Part shown: in pieces, positions 1-10,249 of the stretch
Layout of the letters: each line of letters begins with the position of its first letter
Position numbering within the stretch: the first letter of the stretch is position 1
DNA from: Dicyema japonicum
Lineage: Eukaryota; Animalia; Dicyemida
Direction: 5' to 3'
DNA length: 33,000 nt
NCBI GenBank assembly: GCA_011109175.1
Contig: RDEW01000028.1
Coordinates: 572,458-605,457 of the forward strand
Made by a program: the position numbers and the translations under genes
The notes under the pieces: generated by a model
What the model saw: the letters and a program-made list of their open reading frames with translations, nothing else
Told to the model about the DNA's origin: nothing
Database searches by the model: none

Positions 1-1270
1 ATCATGTGATCCCAGCATGCTCTAGCAGGACCTTGGCCCGATGCTCCTCCCTCGACCCCAAACAAGCACGTATCGGTCGAGTGACTGGACCTTTGCAGTC
101 ACGACGGCGCGTTCCATAGTTCATTCGTATCAAGATTTCAAGAGGCATTGGTGGCTGGAACTCTCCAAGAATCCAGCGTTCCGTGATTTTGGAGGCTCTT
201 TTCCGGCTATCCTCGATCTTCAAGACAATCGTCTAAGAGATGAATGGGCCCCTTATACCACATACATAAGAGATATATGGTTCAATGAATCGTTTATATA
301 CAGAGCTCAAAACAGAATGCTTTTCGATCTTCCATAAGCCTGTGAGGCATTTCAGAACATTAGTTTTTTTTTTGCATTTTGTAATTACGTTTTCAACATG
401 AGGCGAGAATGACATATGCATCTCAAAAGTCACCCAAGGATCCTTTGGGATTTTCTGAAAAGAATAGCTTCATTGTTTGCCTTCAGTTCGACCGTCCGTC
501 TTCCTAGTCTCTTTCTGGATGTCCTGATCACGTGACGTAATGACGATGTCGTCGCATAAGTTAGAATAATGTCATTTTCGGAGTCTGGAGTGGGGAGGTC
601 CGTCATGAATAGGTTGAATAAAACTGGAGACAAAGGGGATCCTTGGGGAACCCCAATAGGGAGAAACCGTGAAATAAACCTTGACTGGCCAATGCAGACG
701 CGTCCCCTCCGACCACTAAGGTAGTTAGCTAGCCAGAGTTTGAGCTTTCCAAAGATCTTTGTTTGGTAAATTTTCCAAGTAAAAATCCTCCTTGACACAG
801 AGTCAAAAGCTTTGTGGACGTCTATGGAGCAAAGTACAGTCTTCATGTGTCCCGGCCTGTGCGAGAAACCATATCGTATAAAGTTAGTCAATGCAGATAA
901 GTGGGTAGAAGTAGACCTCTCCTTTTTAAAATCATGTTGAAATTACATAGTCCGGGAGGAAATTTTTGATTTTCGCAAAAACTAGCCTTTCCAGAATTTT
1001 CGACACCGAACACAATAACGCGACCGGTCTGCATGAAGCTGGGTCCTTCTTCAATTTTCCGGGTTTCAAAATTGGACGTAGGTGGGCGAGTTTCCAAAAG
1101 GCTGGAATAGAATTTTTGTTAATAGTGTGGTTGAATATACTCGTTTATGCAGCGATTCTATAGTCTCTCAGATTCTTTAGGAGGATCATTGGGATTTTAT
1201 CCGGTCAGTTAGAATAGGTTGTTTTAATGGCTTTTAATGCATTTCTCACGTCGTTTTCGGTGAAGTGAAT
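1..1270 (-). mobile_element. Decayed non-LTR retrotransposon (I/Jockey/Ingi-like) reverse transcriptase region
   Basis: Minus-strand frames give RT motifs in order: FTENDVRNALKAIK..PDKIP..IPAFWKLAHLRPILKPGK; SIDVHKAFDSV; GVPQGSPLSPVLFN; then SFSPHVENVITKC and a C-terminal LWNAP. Many stops, frameshifts and deletions. Confidence 0.9.
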
Positions 1271-1279
1271 CGTATCCGG

Positions 1280-1650
1280 TTCCTTTTTCGGTTTACTGAG
1301 ATAATCGGGGATACATCCGGCTTCTTATTGTCGTTATAAGATATTTTCACATAACATTTTATTAGTTTGTTTAAGTCCTTTTGGCTGTGATCCACCTCGG
1401 ACGATCTTTCATCCTCTCTTCCAAATTTCAGTAGTAACATGAAACGAAAAAACAAATTCAAATGAAAATGACAGATTTTTTTATCAATAAATAAAAAATC
1501 TAATAATTTATCCTTTTTAATACATATTATAGTAATTAATTATTATAAAAATAATTTTTCCATATTTTAGATTAAGCTTCTTAAAAAAACTATCATTTTT
1601 AAGGAAAATCTCAAAATTGGGGAGTTTTTCCTCATATCGGGGTTGGACTG
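1280..1650 (-). mobile_element. Terminal fragment of a Tigger/pogo-like DNA transposon
   Basis: Ends in ...CGGGGTTGGACTG|TA, the reverse complement of the TA|CAGTCCNACCCCG terminus seen at 14318 and 22837. Weak CENP-B-HTH-like remnant (LEERM..WI). Confidence 0.55.
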
Positions 1651-2559
1651 TAGTTGATAGTTTGGGGAAGGTATGGGTTTGATTCACATTGGTTGAGGCT
1701 TTTCTTTACATTATTCCCAATATTATTAACCAGAAGTAGTTCACTATAATTATGGCCAAGTCGTCCACCTATATCACGTGAAACCGAAAAAAATTATTTT
1801 ATTTTCTCTACGCCATTCCTTCGGAAATTACTTTAATTATTACCTACTTCATAAGGATGGATTCGCGTTCTGGTTCTACGTTGTAATAATAATGTTGTAT
1901 TAGTGTCAAGAATCTAGGAACTTGGGTCAATCACTCGTTTACTATTTCTTTCGTCCTCGGCATCCTGAGGATAGGAAAATAAAAATAATCACTATGAATT
2001 TTTTGAAAAAGTTTCCGCCAAAGCAGATATCCGGTGCTCTATTATTTAAAAAACTTTGGGTTTCCAGGGTCTCTTGAGCTTCTAAGAAGACGGATGAGAG
2101 GTAAATCCACCATGAGGTGATGAAGTCATTAAATCTACTAGAGACATGCCATACACCAGAGCATCACCGCTAAACCCTTCGACCAATTAACAACTTGTCG
2201 ATAAAAAAAAGCATAAACGCTTTTTTGTGGATTTGAGTTAACATGCATTTAACAGCAAAACTGTAAACCTTCTTAGTGTTTCCGTCCGACAGAAAAGAGG
2301 GGGTTATTCAAAAGTTGATAATAAGTATGAAATCCTTGTCTAAAGTCTATCGTACTGATTTTGTTTAGGCACGTGTTTACATTCTTTTATAATCTGTTTA
2401 TCTGTGATGAAGATGATCTTGAGTATAAGGATGACATCAGCCTAGCAATATTTACAGATTTTAGCTATTTTTGTTTTTCAAGTCCTTATAAGATATGTTT
2501 TTTTTACATATTCCTTTTAGTCAATTTCTGCTGAAAATGCGATTTTTTTGTCTCATTAA

Positions 2560-2950
2560 TCCAATCTCGACCTGGTGGTTATTTGGTTGGAAGGCTGAGG
2601 TACTTTCTCTATTGGACGGAATGTCTACTTATTTCCATGAAGACACTTGATTTGAATCTTTGTCTATCACCACATGTAGAAAACATTCTTGTGAAATGTG
2701 AAAAGAAGCTGAAGGTACTAAAAAGTTTATTGGGAATAAGAAGATTGGTACTCACAACGTGTAAGGACAGTACATCGAGCCGTGTTTCTCATATGCATGC
2801 GCCTCGTAGGGACCATCCATATCTTGGACGGTTTCACCCTTCTCGTGAGCATGGATGAGATGACTGATTAAGGAGACTTCAGAAAACTAAAATTCTAAAC
2901 AAAAAAGTGGGGATGCACCAAGTATCTAGACCTTGCCAAAAGAGCTTCAA
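2560..2950 (+). mobile_element. LINE RT C-terminal (thumb) fragment
   Basis: LDLNLCLSPHVENILVKCEKKLKVLKSLLG aligns to SFSPHVENVITKCKKKTNVLKCLTG in the element at 233-433. Confidence 0.75.
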
Positions 2951-3115
2951 AATTCTTAAGTTTACATGGATAAAAAATGACGATTTACTTTATTATTGTA
3001 ATATTCTTGAATGAATGACCTGGCCAAAAATTGACCTCTCTTTTTAATTATGTAGCATCTGGAATCATCACCTGTCATTAAATAATATAAAAGTACACCT
3101 TTATAGAAAAAATTA

Positions 3116-3770
3116 ATGATTTTCTATTTGTTTGCCATCGCTTTCACTTTCTGTAAGGCTGAACCAAGCTGTGGACCTGACAATGATGTCCTATATTGCT
3201 ACGACTTCACTGAAACCGATAAATTGAGAATAGATTGTTCTCCCGAATTAAATTCAATGTAAATAAATTTTTTTATTTTACAGAGTTATTAAATATTCAC
3301 AAATCTCTAAACTGTTGAAGCGCGACTTTTCTAGTAGCTGCTCGCAAATAAAAAATATGTTTTTTTTCAAAAATAACTTTGTAGCATTTTTATGAATTCA
3401 AAAATTAGTTTCATAGGAAATAATGCATTTTCTGCACTTTCAAAAATCGAGAAAATGTATTTAGTTATATCAAAAATAGTAAATTCTCGGGAACTACAGT
3501 CGAACAACTAAAGAAAGGTGCCTTCAGAAGACTCAAATCACTTAGTCAAATGTGACCTTATTTTTAATTTTTAGTCATATCGATGGTGACTCTGAAGTCA
3601 CAATCGTTTAGGTCAATATAATAATTGCTAACAAATGGACTTTTCCTTAATATTAACGATTAATGACAATAACTTGACTTATTTTAGTTGATAAATATTT
3701 CGCCGAATCTGACTTCATGCTTGAAAAAGGCAGATGTGATTTCAAATGTTTGCCTTATCAGCTCTAATCT
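3116..3770 (+). pseudogene. Secreted/surface leucine-rich-repeat gene, 5' intact and 3' disrupted
   Basis: ATG 3116 gives a signal-peptide-like MIFYLFAIAFTFCKA and a Cys-containing cap. Phase-2 GT-AG introns of 25, 26, 23 and 23 nt separate exons of 75, 72 and 72 nt (IFMNSKISFIGNNAFSALSKIEKI; KFSGTTVEQLKKGAFRRLKSLSQI). Later repeats (SFRSI**LL, DNNLTYFS**IFRRI*) carry stops, a frameshift and a GT>GG donor. Confidence 0.7.
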
Positions 3771-3774
3771 ATAA

Positions 3775-4320
3775 ATATTTTTATTAAGGAAAGAAAAGAG
3801 AGTAAACGGTTATATAGCGGCTGCCCTGACTGTGTGGCTATTCCCTCTCAAGATAGCGAGCGAGATTCGCTCAAATAACCACCAGCGATCACAAAGGGTC
3901 TCCTGTTCTTGTAGCGATTTGATTCCCTAGACGACTCAAGAATTCCAGCGTCGCAGGCTCAAGGGAACCAGACGTCTCAACGGCGAGTAAAACAAACAAA
4001 AAATGCTTGGGTAGGACCGCGTACTTTTCCCGTTTCATCTTCTCGTTTTCTCAACGGCAGAACAGGATCCAGAGGCACTCTGGAGTAGGTTGCAAGAGGC
4101 AAATGTGTTGGTACAGATAACGTCCCAGACAAAAGGTTTCCCGGCTTCAAAAGGAAGATTGTCATCCCATCTGGTCGTTTCCCGTTCGCCTGCAAATACC
4201 GACTGGTTCGAGCATGGAGGGGTTTCCGGCGGCGTCCAAAGCTCGCCTAACGAGTTCGTTCAAGGTCATGTGTCTGGGAAATCTGCTGCACTCTTCCTGC
4301 AGGAGAGAGGGTATAGGCCA
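3775..4320 (-). mobile_element. 3' fragment of an RLE-type (CRE-like) non-LTR retrotransposon
   Basis: LNELVRRALDAAGNPSMLEPVG..NGKRPDGMT..WD..DT is a restriction-like endonuclease region. Aligns with the longer copy at 16425-17640, including the 3' UTR ending in an AATAAA-containing tract. Confidence 0.8.
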
Positions 4321-4439
4321 ATCTATATAATAAAATACAAGTTTGTATGTGTCTACCTGTTTTTTTGTCCGCAAGAATTCACAAATTTATATTTATCGAA
4401 TGTGATCATAAAATGATCTTTTTTGCACAACCAAGGAAG

Positions 4440-4770
4440 GATTGATTCCCAAGTTAGAAGAGGTCGGAAAATTTATTTCCCAAAATAATAATAAAATAAA
4501 ATTTTTAACAAAGTTAAGGATTTCATGGGATCGATCCCCAAGTGAAGAAGAGGTCGAAAAAAGTTATGCCCTAGAATAAGATAAAAAATATATTTTTTGG
4601 TATTAAAAATTTATAAAAATGTTATTGATGTATATTTTAACATATTAAAAAATATAATTAGAGAGACTAACTATTTGATTGCTAACAACTACTGGCGGTA
4701 ATCGGCAAATTAATGGCTGGTAAATCAAGGGACCTCGAGGGCGGGTTTCTAGATAGAAGAGGTCGAAATT
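4440..4770 (+). repeat. Short repeat unit (GGGATCGATCCCCAAGT..AAGAAGAGGTCGAAA), 2-3 degenerate local copies
   Basis: AGAAGAGGTCG recurs near 4456, 4547 and 4755. An inverted copy containing TTGGGGATCGATCCCATA lies at about 17720-17860. Confidence 0.7.
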
Positions 4771-4849
4771 TTGATTTTTTATATTATATTTAAAATGCGA
4801 CTGTGAGATTAATTCGACGATAAGAGTCATACGTCCGTTACAGTGTGAT

Positions 4850-4950
4850 GAAAATGGAAGAGAGGGACCTACTTCTCCACCTCTTTTCAGAAGCGGAAAC
4901 CTGTAATGGATAATTGGAAGATGAATTTGGTGGTCACAAGCCGACGTTAC
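4850..4950 (-). repeat. About 100 bp dispersed repeat, probably a LINE endonuclease N-terminal remnant
   Basis: The reverse complement matches 30800-30900 (CATTACAGG..GAGGTGGAGAAGTAGGTCC). HYR..KRGGEVG resembles the APE R..GGGV motif. Confidence 0.55.
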
Positions 4951-5179
4951 TGACCTAAACAAATAACAAAGTTTGAACTTTAATTTTAATCAATGACCTG
5001 TTTGATCAATAATCAGCAAGATAATCAATAATTTTTATATCACTTTAACCAATAGACCCACCCACGTGGTCCAAATCGTTGATTAGAACCAAACACAAAA
5101 TTATGATACTCAATCTATATTATAAATTTGTAAGTTTGTTTAACGACCACCTTCTCAATATCCCCTTCATTATTTTGGA

Positions 5180-5290
5180 AAATTCCGCGTGACGCCAACT
5201 TTAGTGTGGTGCTATGTGGCTACTTGAATTGAAGATTTTTTTGTTTCTTCTGTTTCTTTTCTTTACCTGTGGCTCCACGGAGCTTGAATT
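5180..5290 (+). repeat. Partial copy of the dispersed pseudoknot-core repeat family (flanking segment)
   Basis: GTGGTGCTATGTGGCTACTTGAATTGAAGATTT plus a pyrimidine tract matches 9625-9695. The same segment borders the core in the 11100 and 15720 copies. Confidence 0.7.
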
Positions 5291-5364
5291 GTTAGTGTGC
5301 GTCATATGATTCAATATCTCTGGTAGCTCCAGATATACTCCTAAATGATATCAAAATATAATTT

Positions 5365-5545
5365 ATGGTGGTGCAGTGTTACGAGTGCCGAGTTCTCTTG
5401 TTCAAATCTCCCTGCTGTACATTTCGGCTGAACGTTCCACGCATCTACGATGCTTTGGCTTGCCGAGTGAGACCGTCATCAGTGAACATCTCACTGCGGA
5501 ATCGGATCGTTTACTAAAGAAACACACCTAACAAAAATAAAAAAG
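5365..5545 (+). mobile_element. tRNA-like SINE
   Basis: A-box-like TGGTGCAGTG (5369-5378), B-box GTTCAAATC (5400-5408), body CATCTACGATGC..CCGTCATCAG..TCACTGCGGAA and an A-rich tail. Homologous copies at about 24085-24195 and 26630-26815. Confidence 0.6.
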
Positions 5546-5779
5546 AAGTGAAGAGCATTCCTCGGTTCTACCTCATCGATTAGTTATGATAACAGTCCTT
5601 TGCTTGTGTCCTGCCTGAGAAAAGCGATAGCTAATATGGTTCCTCGTAAAGTGCATTATTTATTTATATCCAAAAAAGACCATTAGTCAATAACCATCCA
5701 GAGAAGTTCCCCCTGGACGACACTTCCTTCAAATCCGAACATGCGAAGACTGCTGAGGGAGGCTGGTTTTTCTCCGGGG

Positions 5780-5880
5780 GACAATGTCGTATGGAGACAA
5801 GTTCTGGAACGTAGGAACGAGTCAGGATCAAGGAGTTAGTTAGTTTGGTTACCCTTGCTCTTAGGAATAAATTTAATTTA
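5780..5880. repeat. Partial copy of the 11100/15720 repeat (distal segment)
   Basis: GGAGTTAGTTAGTTTGGTTACCCTTG matches GAATTAGTTAGTTTGGGTTTATCCTTG at about 15963 and the reverse complement of 11110-11150. Confidence 0.6.
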
Positions 5881-6028
5881 ATATCAACTATGAAAGAATT
5901 AAATTTGTTTTTGAGTGATAGTTTCCTGACCTTTGTTTTATATAAATATATTTTAATTGTATTTTCTTTAAATAATTTACAAAAAATAAAAACTAGTTTA
6001 AAATAAATAAAGATAGCAACGTGTGCCA

Positions 6029-6476
6029 ATGGATGACGTTGTGAAACCAAAAAAGAGAAAAGCGCCTACACTTGAAGAAAGAGTTGACGGAGTCTGTTCA
6101 TTAAGTGTAATGTTAAATGATGGACTGATCAGCAATGATAAAACGCTTTTAAACGTAATTCTTTAGTCCATATTTTTAGAACGTGTTGCAAGTTGGTGAC
6201 TACGAGCTGATCAAGGGAACCTTGAAGCGACTCTCTGACGAATCGATCATTTCTTTGCACGAGGAATTATGTACGAGACTCAACAGTCCCCCTCAGATGT
6301 AGTTATTTCTGTAATTTCCAAGTGCTTCACCTGCAGTCAAATGGCTTAAGTTCTTGTGGCAGACACGTGGTCAGTTATTGAGAGGAAAGAAGTTGGAGAC
6401 TATTCAGCTTGGTCAAAGGACTTCCTTGTACAGCAAGTTATGCTCTCTAAAAGGAAGACTCGACCTTATTAATTAA
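6029..6476 (+). CDS. Dip2/Utp12-domain protein resembling the C-terminus of WDR43/Utp5 (SSU processome), 132 aa, no WD40 repeats seen
   Basis: Three exons with introns of 25 and 24 nt; 448-49=399 nt, in frame. TLEERV..SLSVMLNDGLISNDKTLLN|NVL..GTLKRL..LCTRLNSPP..VKWLKFL..YSKLCSLKGRLDL matches the Utp12 pattern (LxQGLxSND..WLK..KLxxLxGRL). Confidence 0.75.
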
Positions 6477-7329
6477 AATTTTTATACTATTTTACTGTGT
6501 AACAATACTTTCAACTATTTTTAATTTTATAATTTAAATTTTGTTATTTGTTGTAACCACGTGCGAAAATAGACTTAAGATTTCTTTAAATCCCATTGCC
6601 TAATAATAGCGACAATTTATTATCATGTGCGTATGGTTCCATGTCCATGTTGAGGATCAGATTCTTGGTGTCTTCTATGTTTTCTTAGTTGTGAAAAATT
6701 GCTGCATTCATCGTGAAGCGATAGGATACTAGTGCAATGGGTCACCAGCTGAAACTATCGGATCGATCAATTGAGCTAAATCAGATTGCTTTGGCTCAGA
6801 AGACATTGGATACGGTAACTTTCGGAAATAAGGAAGCATTGGATGCATCCAGTGTATAGGTTTATCTCGTTTGGTCAAGATGGAGAAAAATTAGACAAAA
6901 CCGTCTTCCTAAGAGAGAAACGATGGAATTATTAGTTCTATTATAGTACAACTGAGGAGGAAACACCAGGGGCTTCCAATTGAATTCCACGGAGACATCT
7001 GAAATATTTGGCCCCAACACTATTGAGTTCGTCAAAACAAGCGGCCTATTTGTGGAAACACTGAAGAATAACCTAATGCTCTTCCGAAACATTGCCCTCA
7101 TAATCATGAAAGGTAACTCCAAATCTGTCCTGTGTCTGTAAATATTAATCACGGAATACCTAGAGTATAGAAATATAACAGTATCGCAATCAAAAACCAA
7201 GATTTGATACAAAATTTAACTTTTCGCTTAGAAAATTAAAAAATTTAATTCTTATTTCAGGAAATTTAAATTTTGATACCAAAAATCATTTTTACCCCCA
7301 TTATAGAGTTAAGTTAGGAAAATTAAATT

Positions 7330-7800
7330 TTGATTAAAATATCTATTTTTAAAATTGAATAAGCGAGCATTTGCGTTGTAACATTATCTAAGGAGCTAGT
7401 AATCAGCGTAGATAACTGCTGAATATCAGTGTGTAGGGACCTTGATACTTAGAAAAATTGAGATTATTAAGAGTTTAAAAATAGTTCGATTACTGAGAGT
7501 TAAAGACCCATCTCTAATCTATTTTAAAAATAGTTCGTATTGACCTATTCGTCCGACAAATCTGAGGCTAGATTTTAGAGAAGTGACTTATTGTGGGAAT
7601 GACGTAACCAGAGTAGGTCAAATGTTGGACGGATGACTATATTTTTTGAAACTTCAACACAATACAAAATACACTCGAGTAATGCAACTGAGACTAAAAT
7701 ATATTAGGTCTCTTCTTGGGGATCACTGGAAATAATCCTCACTGGAATAACATCAAAAAAGAAGATCACTGCCAAAGTTCTTCAGTTTAGAAAATTAGTA
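7330..7800 (+). pseudogene. Heavily decayed LRR gene remnant
   Basis: Fragments LKLNKRAFAL*HYLRS and YCGNDVTRVGQMLDG*LYFLKL follow LRR periodicity but carry in-frame stops. No coherent exon chain can be built. Confidence 0.35.
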
Positions 7801-8084
7801 TAATCTATGCTTCTAAATTTGTCACTTCTTTCATAAACTATGTGGACGATGTGTCACGTGCAATTAAAGACCTATTTTCAACACTAGAAAGGATTACATT
7901 TAACAAAGTCGATTTGTATGGAAGTGGACTAAATCGGTCATTCTTTTTCTCGACTGTCCATCCACCTTTTTGCTGTCAACAACCCGATGGCAAGCAGGAA
8001 GGAAAGCGATTTGGGTCCTAAAATCCCCTAGGTTCGGCTGCGATGAGCTCATTTAGCGAAAATTGAAATTTTATTAGATATTAG

Positions 8085-9553
8085 TATTTAATGATAAATT
8101 TAGCTGCGATAGGCAGACATCGCTTAAGATGGTTTTCAGTAAACTCAAATTAGGGAAATAACTCAAGTTCGGAACATGGACAGCAAAATAAGCATTACTA
8201 CAAAAAATACGAGAAAGACTATAGGTTAGTGATCGCACTTGAATTATAGAGGGGAGATGAACATGCTAATAATGATGACTTGAATGTGAGCGGGTCCATA
8301 ATTTTAGAATTTTGCAAAAACACACAATAAAAAAGAAGTCAAACAAATTGACATCAGTGTCGAATCACAGGTAAAATATGAAGTAATTTAATGGTTCAAT
8401 TAGACTCCCAAGGGTACCCGTACAAGAGAATTTACAGAAACAGATCTTGTCGAAAATCTACTGAACAATCGTATGAAGTGGAAGTCTATGAAATTCCCAT
8501 AAACAAAGAAAATGAACAGGTATGAGGCACTGTGTAACCACAAAGATCGAAAATCTGACTGAGGAAGAGTTTCTGTGGAGCCATGAGGTATTTTTATTAG
8601 ACTGACTGAACCAGAAACCAGTAAGAGAGAGAAACAGCAGAAATTCAAAAAATATTTTTAGAAGATCAAACAATACAGCATCGGAAAAAGAAGTAAAGAA
8701 TGAGAAAAATATTTCTGAGTTGGAGATATTGTTTGCGAATATTAGAGAAAATAAAAACGACTTATCTGAAAGTTATTTCAACAAAAAAGAAGCAAAAAGA
8801 ATAGAATTAAGGATTTTTTTAAATCTTCAAAGAAGTTCAAATTTGATTCAAAAAGTCAAGATGTGAATTAACAATTTCATTTTAGGCGAATTATGAAGGA
8901 GTCAACGTAAAAAATCTCAAATCCTCACTCAAAAAAGACAACAGTCTGATTTCAAAATAATTATAGAAATTTGTTTCGAAAGAGAGTCAACAAATAAGCC
9001 AAAATCTGTGAGATTCTCCAGAAAGAGCAACGTCATTATTATCGACTCTTCCGGTGAAAAACTTGGTGAAGAATTGTGCCTAACCTGGAAAAAATTTGTA
9101 TTTTCTTTGATGAATTCTAGCAAATAACAGAATACAAACGAGGAGATAAACTCGCAATATTCGACGAAAAAATAAAAATATTAGACAATCTGGAAACATT
9201 CACGGTAATTCAATGTTATCATCCCTTGCTAGACGACTCAAGAAGATGAGACAAGAAACGGATGCCTTGGATGCTTCAGAACCTTGAAGAGGTCATTAAA
9301 AAGGCTGTTCACTAAGTCGTCTAAAAGATCAATTCGTCGAAAAAATCTGGTATTTTTACTGAGACAATTTCTGAATAATCTACAAAAAGCAAAAATAGAC
9401 AAATTGTATATCAGGGAAAATAGCCAAAAAAGTGAGCTATCAAAGGCGTTTTCAAAATCGAAACTAATAGTCAGCGAATTATTTGAAAGTACTGATCTGT
9501 CTAATTTCAAGTTGGTAAGGAACAGAGAAACAATTGGTGACACAAGTTTATAA
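8085..9553 (+). CDS. Orphan multi-exon gene, Lys/Ser/Glu-rich; start uncertain; needs one extra A at 8783-8788
   Basis: About 11 GT-AG micro-introns chain open exons. The best supported are 26, 27, 23, 23, 23 and 28 nt between 8520 and 9232. Product includes KSSKKFKFDSKSQD|ANYEGVNVKNLKSSLKKDN|KICFERESTNKPKSVRFSRKS..GCLGCFRTLK. Ends at TAA 9551-9553. No family recognised. Confidence 0.55.
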
Positions 9554-9619
9554 ATATAAATTCTCATTTTTATTAGAAAATATTAAACGAAAATCACAAC
9601 CAAAGTTCAATTATGCAAA

Positions 9620-9870
9620 AATTCTGCGTGGTGATATGTGGCTAATTGATTGAAGATTTCTTTTTGTTTCGTCTGTTCCTTTTCTCCCTTTTTCTACTAG
9701 AGTGGGGTCATGTGATCCACTTGACTTAGGTGGCACCCAGTGCCAGGGTTGCAAGTAGAATGATCGTCTTCTCAACTGAAGATATGCTCACAATGCAAGG
9801 AATGGACGTCTTCTACTTTTTATGCTGGTTCTGGATGGACTTGTGTGACGTCCTGAGTTAATAATAATGA
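9620..9870. repeat. Dispersed pseudoknot-core repeat copy
   Basis: Core GGGGTCATGTGATCCACTTGACTTAGGTGGCACCCAGTGCC at about 9705-9745. Ends in CCTGAGTTAATAATAAT. Homologous to 16094-16340 in reverse orientation. Confidence 0.75.
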
Positions 9871-10249
9871 AAGCGACCGGTATTTGTTGAGTCCTACTTA
9901 ATAGCCTCTGATCTCCTACAAGTTAGTGAGGCCAGGGTTACTTAACTAACTAACCGTTCATATTATCAAAAATACACATCGAGATTTATTTACTACGTAA
10001 TATTCATGCTATTCTGCCTAAAAATGACTACCATTAATCGAGTCACTCCACATTTAAGCGACAGGAAACATTCGTGAATCAGATAAACCCTCTTCACTTA
10101 ATCTGGCATGCTTGAGTTCAAGATGAGATGTTCATTGATTATGATGTTATAATTAAATCATCATTTTAGCAATTCTCTTTTCCCCTGTGGTGGTTTTACA
10201 TTCATGGATCATTGGAGACCCTCAGTGCACCCTTCTGTGTTAAGGGTTA

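Noticed and set aside
1990-2200. APE endonuclease remnant on the minus strand (DFN..SW; LNNRAPDI) belonging to the 1-1270 LINE
   Set aside because: Plausible, but it needs several assumed indels; too degraded to annotate.
3600-3720. Alternative genetic code (TAA/TGA read-through) to explain stops in the LRR genes
   Set aside because: SUCLA2 and Utp12 end in TAA and ARID4 in TGA, and their exons have no internal stops. The LRR stops co-occur with frameshifts and splice-site decay.
6005-6031. TAG 9-12 nt upstream of the start codons of Utp12, SUCLA2 and the LRR gene as trans-splice acceptors
   Set aside because: Absent before ARID4, no polypyrimidine tracts, and TAG is frequent in AT-rich DNA; it cannot be supported without 5' cDNA ends.
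5664-6050. 128-aa minus-strand ORF
   Set aside because: It runs through AT-rich promoter-like DNA and a repeat copy, and has no recognisable domain.
6690-7212. ORF 6862-7212 (-) and nearby plus-strand fragments (RKHWMHP as Harbinger-like; PICG..HCP as LINE-like)
   Set aside because: No coherent exon chain or convincing motif series in any frame; left unannotated.
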